Assembly (NCBI GenBank): GCA_030141605.1
Contig: JAQGDQ010000003.1
Span: 1,984,001 to 2,048,000, forward strand
From: Tubiluchus corallicola
Lineage: Eukaryota; Animalia; Priapulida
Length of the DNA stretch: 64,000 nucleotides
Direction: 5' to 3'
The notes below the pieces were generated by a model. That model searched no databases and was not told the DNA's origin. It worked only from the letters and a program-made list of their open reading frames with translations. The first letter of the stretch is position 1; each line of letters starts with the position of its first letter. Below are positions 41,041 through 64,000 of the stretch, piece after piece. The translations under genes and the position numbers were made by a program.

Positions 41041-41490
41041 GAAATAATAATAAGAAGAAGAAGATGAAGACGAAGAAGAACTGCATTTATTTATAAAGCA
41101 CTTTTTCAATAGATTTTTTAAACTTGCTGTACAATTGAAAATATTTACATAAAATTAAAAGTACTAAAAACTGTACACAATTACACCTATCTATAAATCA
41201 TAAAAATCCACAAACTATTCTACATTATACATTAAAATACTTCTTAAAAAGATATAAGTTTTAGTTTCCTTTTAAAAAAATTTAATTTGTGCAAATTTTA
41301 ATTTCAGTTGACAGCTTATTCCATTATTTTGAAGGAAGGTTTAAAAACGTTAAATCAGCAAAGACTTTCTTTTCATTAAAAGGTACAACAAGTTTTAATT
41401 CATTTACATTGCTGGCTCATGTGTTCCTGCTTTTACACGAAAATGTAAATGATCAGTTAAGCAGGAGCCAGGTAAAACTAATATTTTAAA
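40957..41490 (-). mobile_element. Decayed L2/CR1-group LINE 3' end with (TTC)n(TTA)n tail
   Basis: Minus-strand translation with stops and frameshifts: LAPA*...LKLVVPFNEKKVFADLTF...PSK*WNKLSTEIKICTN...FKRKLK, then ATAAATAAA and a simple-repeat tail (the (TAA)n at 40957-41052). Confidence 0.65.
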
Positions 41491-42799
41491 AGTACATCGC
41501 CTCTGATTGGTAGCCAATGGAGACTATGTAAAGCATTTGTTGCACGATAATATTTTGTAACATATGTTGCAACTTTGGTCGCACAGTTTTGCACCCGCTG
41601 GTTGAATTTCAAGGTGCACTCTGGGAACCCAACAAATAATGAATTAGCCCAATCAAAGTTTGATAAAGCAAGCGAAGACGTGATCGAATCCTTAGTTAAA
41701 TACTATCTTAATTTTGCAATTCGATCTAAGTTACCTGCTGCCTTTTTACGTTTAGAATGTACACGTGCTTTACAATTTAAATGACCTCACACCACTTCAA
41801 CCGGCTTGACCGAGGCAATTCAATCCAATCCAGTTCAGTTTAGCCCAATCTAGTCTCAAAATATTTCTTTTGCGAAACCATTCAAAACTGAAACCATATC
41901 TGTGCAACCTAGATGCCATTATTGCACATACGTTCGTCTAACCAGTGCGTTGCAGCTAATGGATGTATTGGGTTTAGTAAATTCATTTGGTTTGGCAGCA
42001 CTTTAGTAAGTTTGCACGAATCTCTGCTAAAAGCTAGGAAGCAGGAACACGAATGAGCTGTGTTTTATCACAATTAATAAATAACATGGAATTCTACTCA
42101 TTGCACGCAACCAGACAGGAATTTATTTATTTCACGAAAAAAAAGAATAACAGTCATAAATTTGAGGTCCTGTAATCGGAGTATAGAATTTCGGAGGCCA
42201 CGTCTTGGGGATCTTATCATTTGCAAAATCCCTGCCTTATAACCTTAAACATAAGTGTAAGTTAGTTTTAAATGATTTGTTTGAAAGCACTTCAAAATAT
42301 GTTCAGGGCATCACAGCAAGTTAGCTAGTTGTTAGCCAGTGGATTGACTTCACCAGTGTCTTTCTCCGCAGTTTTTCAAGTGAAGATAAAAAGCTCAGTA
42401 GCTCAGACAAAATGACCAGCTTACTGTTTATAATAGGACTGTCGTTAAACTATGGTTTAATTAGTAAATGTAACCTGCTCCGTTATTGCACTTGGCTTCA
42501 TGCAAGACAACATGCAAAAACTGCATAACAATACCAACGTTATCCATGACGTTTACAATGTGGCGATATGGATTTTACACCATTATTTTATTGTCCACAG
42601 CATTTACTAAATCATTGGCGTTTTGGGGAAATTATATCAAATGATCAAAGACGAAAAGTGAAAACAGTAATATTGTTTTTTAGTTATTTCGGGTTCAATG
42701 TTTTACTTTTAACAGGTTCTAACTGCGGAAATGCCGTAACACAGAAGACGATTTCGTGTTGTTAGACATGCCAAGTCTGTCATCCATCAATGTACGTTA

Positions 42800-43098
42800 A
42801 TTTGCTCCGAATGAGGAGCATTGTGTGACATCGGACGTGATTATCCTAACTAAAGCCCAGGCTCAATACATGCATCCGGATGGAACTCAACGTCAGGCTC
42901 ATGCGCCCGGGATGCACCCAAGTCACGTGACGTAATATGCGTTAATATTCGGCAGCTGCTGATATTGCATCGTTTAATCCCGAGCTTCATGAAAACGTTC
43001 TCAGAAGTCAGCAAATCGGAAAATCCGTGTGACAAACGATTTAAATGTGGTGCAGAGTGAGTATGAAATCGGTTACGCTGACCAGATGAATTGTCACC
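42800..43098 (+). promoter_or_regulatory. Putative nAChR proximal promoter/5'UTR
   Basis: Locally GC/CpG-enriched; palindromic E-box GTCACGTGAC (42922-42931) overlapping a CRE-like TGACGTAA, directly upstream of exon 1. Confidence 0.4.
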
Positions 43099-61070
<17,972 letters not shown>

Positions 61071-61359
61071 TGATGCAATCGTTTAGGGTGATGATAATGA
61101 CGGGTCGACGTGACGGTAATGACGAAAGAGCAAATTTATGGGGTTTGCAAACAGTTATAACCGATTCGAGAATGCGGCTCAAGTGATGGAAGATTATCAA
61201 ACATGTATGCTCGGCACAAACGACAGACGAATAATTTACGACAAGAACAATTTCCAAAGCGTTTGATAAAACGCTGCAAGAATGAAAATAGTGTTCGACT
61301 AAAGATTGTAAAGATTGCTGTTGCAGTTTATCATGCAGTGTACTGACTGTCGAATGCAG

Positions 61360-61365
61360 AATAAA
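61360..61365 (+). terminator. Candidate polyadenylation signal of the nAChR gene
   Basis: First AATAAA that I found, about 290 nt after the stop codon; others occur further downstream (e.g. 62711). Confidence 0.3.
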
Positions 61366-63582
61366 AAGGCATAACTTCGCGAAATGAACAGTTTTGAAAT
61401 TCTGTTGGCATCATTTTGTGCAATGGCTTCCTCACTACGTTTTACATTATCTGTGTTATATGTTGTCATTAACTGCCGTGTTATGCAGCACTGAAAATTG
61501 AAAATATTCGTTATTGAACTTGGTATTGCGTGATTGGCTTTTTATATCTCGAATCATTAAACTAGATCTGACGGTGGGGATCGTTCTGATGGTAGGATGT
61601 GCAAAATCACACTGAAGCAAGGCAAATTCGTAAAAAGTTGCAGCATTGCTCTCTGCAGGATAAACTGCCATTATAACGATTTCTCTCTATTATCCCAACG
61701 CCATTTCTTTGGTTAGCAAATGCACTGCAACCCAGGTTTGGCTCAGTTTCTTCTCATAACTATTTGAAAATTAATCAAAACGTTCACGAAGATAATTAAA
61801 CTATTTAACTTAGCGGTTTATGTCACTTCAAATAATTAATGATCTCCTCTTTAAAAAAAGTCCCGATAAGAAAACATCAGGTACCGTGACAAAGATATCA
61901 CTTTCTTAGAAAAGATAAGTCACAGCCCAGTGAAGGTAAACATGAATGTAAGACCCAGTAAAAACTTATGCATTTCGAAGAATATCAACACAACAACAAC
62001 CACTACCATCCAGCACCAGCAGCCCCAAACCACCACCGCACCTCTACCACCACCAACAACCTACGACTGCACCCCTGCCAACCACCAAGCACGGTCGTAC
62101 AATACCAGCAGCGATGACAGCAGTAAAATAACCGCTATTGTTGCAACTGTCAACAGCAGAATCGGTTGCAGGCAAAATATTACACTCGGAAATTAGTGAC
62201 GCTCTACTGCTGATCAGATTCCGAACTGAATACTCATATTTTCAGTTTACGCAGTTTGCAGATCTCAATCCAGACAAAAGTGACATTAAAGAATTTCGTT
62301 CCGTTATAATTTTACTAAATATTTATGATTATCCCTTTATTACAGCTTCCGAAATGACGAGTTCTCGCAATTTACGACAATAGTTACGTCTATAATACTT
62401 TAATTAAAGTCAGCTAGAACTAGAAGTTATTTGTGCGTGTGCATTCACTGTTATAGCCATGGATTTATATCAATCGCTCCTAAACTGCCTACATGCACAT
62501 CCATTGTACAAGTGCACTTTGCAGCAATCATTTTTCTTACATAATGTTGCATCAATTTCGCTTTGTGTGATTTCTAGGTATGTAATCCAGCGAAAATTTT
62601 ACACATCGTCCTGACGGTGTCGCAAACTGACAGTTGGTACCTCAAATTTGTGACGTAGGTAAATTAGGCGTAAATTAAACATCGTCTATACAAGCCTAAA
62701 CACATAACTGAATAAAACGTTCTTAGAGCTTATAATTGCTCTAGAATGAATAAAAATAGAATGTAAATATAACAGTATAATTAAGTTTTAGTTTCTATGT
62801 ATAGGTGAAGGAGTGGAGAATGAACGTAAGTTACAGCAACTTTCGAAAAGGTAAAGCATTTTCGTTACTGACATTCTTGGATGAAAATCATGTAGAATTT
62901 AGTATTTTTATGATCAGTCTACCTGTTCTTATAGTATGTGACTAGCTGCTGTGAAGGGTGTTCACCAGTACAGCGTGGGTCTAAAGATAATTGCTACCAA
63001 ATGATTGCCAACTGGTATAAAGTAGTTAAATGCAATTGTAAATGGCATTTTAGTTAAGAATTTATCAAATGATCTTGAATTTGCATGTAAAAATCTCAGT
63101 CATAACTAATAATATGCTAACCCTTAGCAACACATACGATTTCTCAAACTAGAAGACAAAAATATCTCACAGAATGTTACAAAAACTCTTCGCTAGTTAG
63201 AGATAAAACAACAACAAAATGAAATTCTAAAAGCTTGTAGAACTTTTAAGACTTTTTTGAGACAGGATATTTTAAGGACATTTGTGAAAGACCCAGATTA
63301 TGAAAATTGCAACATTTGAGAACTGTTGAAATAATGTTTTAACCTACAGATATGGTGCACAATAACCACAGCAATGCAAAATTTAATTCATAACTCTGTA
63401 ACATGAAGACGTAAAACACATACACAGGAAATCAGGAGGAATATTTTGAAATACTATACATAAATTATACATGTGATACAAACTGAGGCTGCTCACATCT
63501 GTACTACTGAAAACTGTAAGCAGATATTTACATAGGCACATATACACTTTTTAAGTTATTTACTTTGTATAAAAACAATTTA

Positions 63583-63727
63583 TATATACAAGCATAGTAT
63601 ATATAATCAGCACAATAAATCATTTAAATTTAAACAATTACAATGATTATATGTACAAAAAATTATATACAAGCATAATAAATTATTTGAATTTGAACAA
63701 CTACAATGATTATATGTACAAAAAACT
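63583..63727. repeat. Short AT-rich direct duplication (~60 bp)
   Basis: AATAAAT.ATTT.AATTT.AACAA.TACAATGATTATATGTACAAAAAA occurs twice. Confidence 0.8.
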
Positions 63728-64000
63728 GAACATATATAAAAGTATACATCATAAATACAAACTCAACACTTTAGACAAATTTTCATTGATACTGCAAACT
63801 TTAGTCATCACCAGTATCTTAAAGATACTTAAAGTGCCTCATCATATACTGAATTCTTCAAATTCGTCAAAATTACACTCACAGTTGGTTTCCCCAATAA
63901 AACATTTTCAGCAATTCCTTTATTATTTCAAAGATTGTTTTCTTTACATTAGATGGTACTGCAAACAGCAACTATGTTATCGCCTCAAGTGCTGTCATCT

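Overview
AT-rich, repeat-dense genomic DNA of an invertebrate animal (spliceosomal introns, long microsatellites, many decayed transposons; the taxon cannot be fixed from sequence alone). It holds two divergently oriented protein-coding genes about 38 kb apart. On the minus strand is a C2CD4-like C2-domain gene, with a large coding exon at 3103-4520. On the plus strand is a complete six-exon non-alpha (beta1/ARD-like) nicotinic acetylcholine receptor subunit gene at 43099-61070, which I reconstructed by hand as 502 aa; the ORF track captures only part of it. Nearly all other ORFs in the track are microsatellite or chance artefacts. The non-coding space contains Helitron-like, Tc1/mariner, pogo/Tigger, Harbinger-like, LINE and 5S-derived SINE remnants. 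I found no convincing wholly new multi-gene system. The best leads are: a Pro-to-Ala change at the conserved WxPPAI position of the receptor; a compact TATA/CCAAT/CRE promoter with a possible alternative signal-peptide exon in receptor intron 1; a tail-to-tail pair of Helitron-like elements preceded by two (TA)n-centred palindromes; and a 5S-derived SINE family. All assignments come from visual reading and recalled family motifs, not database searches.
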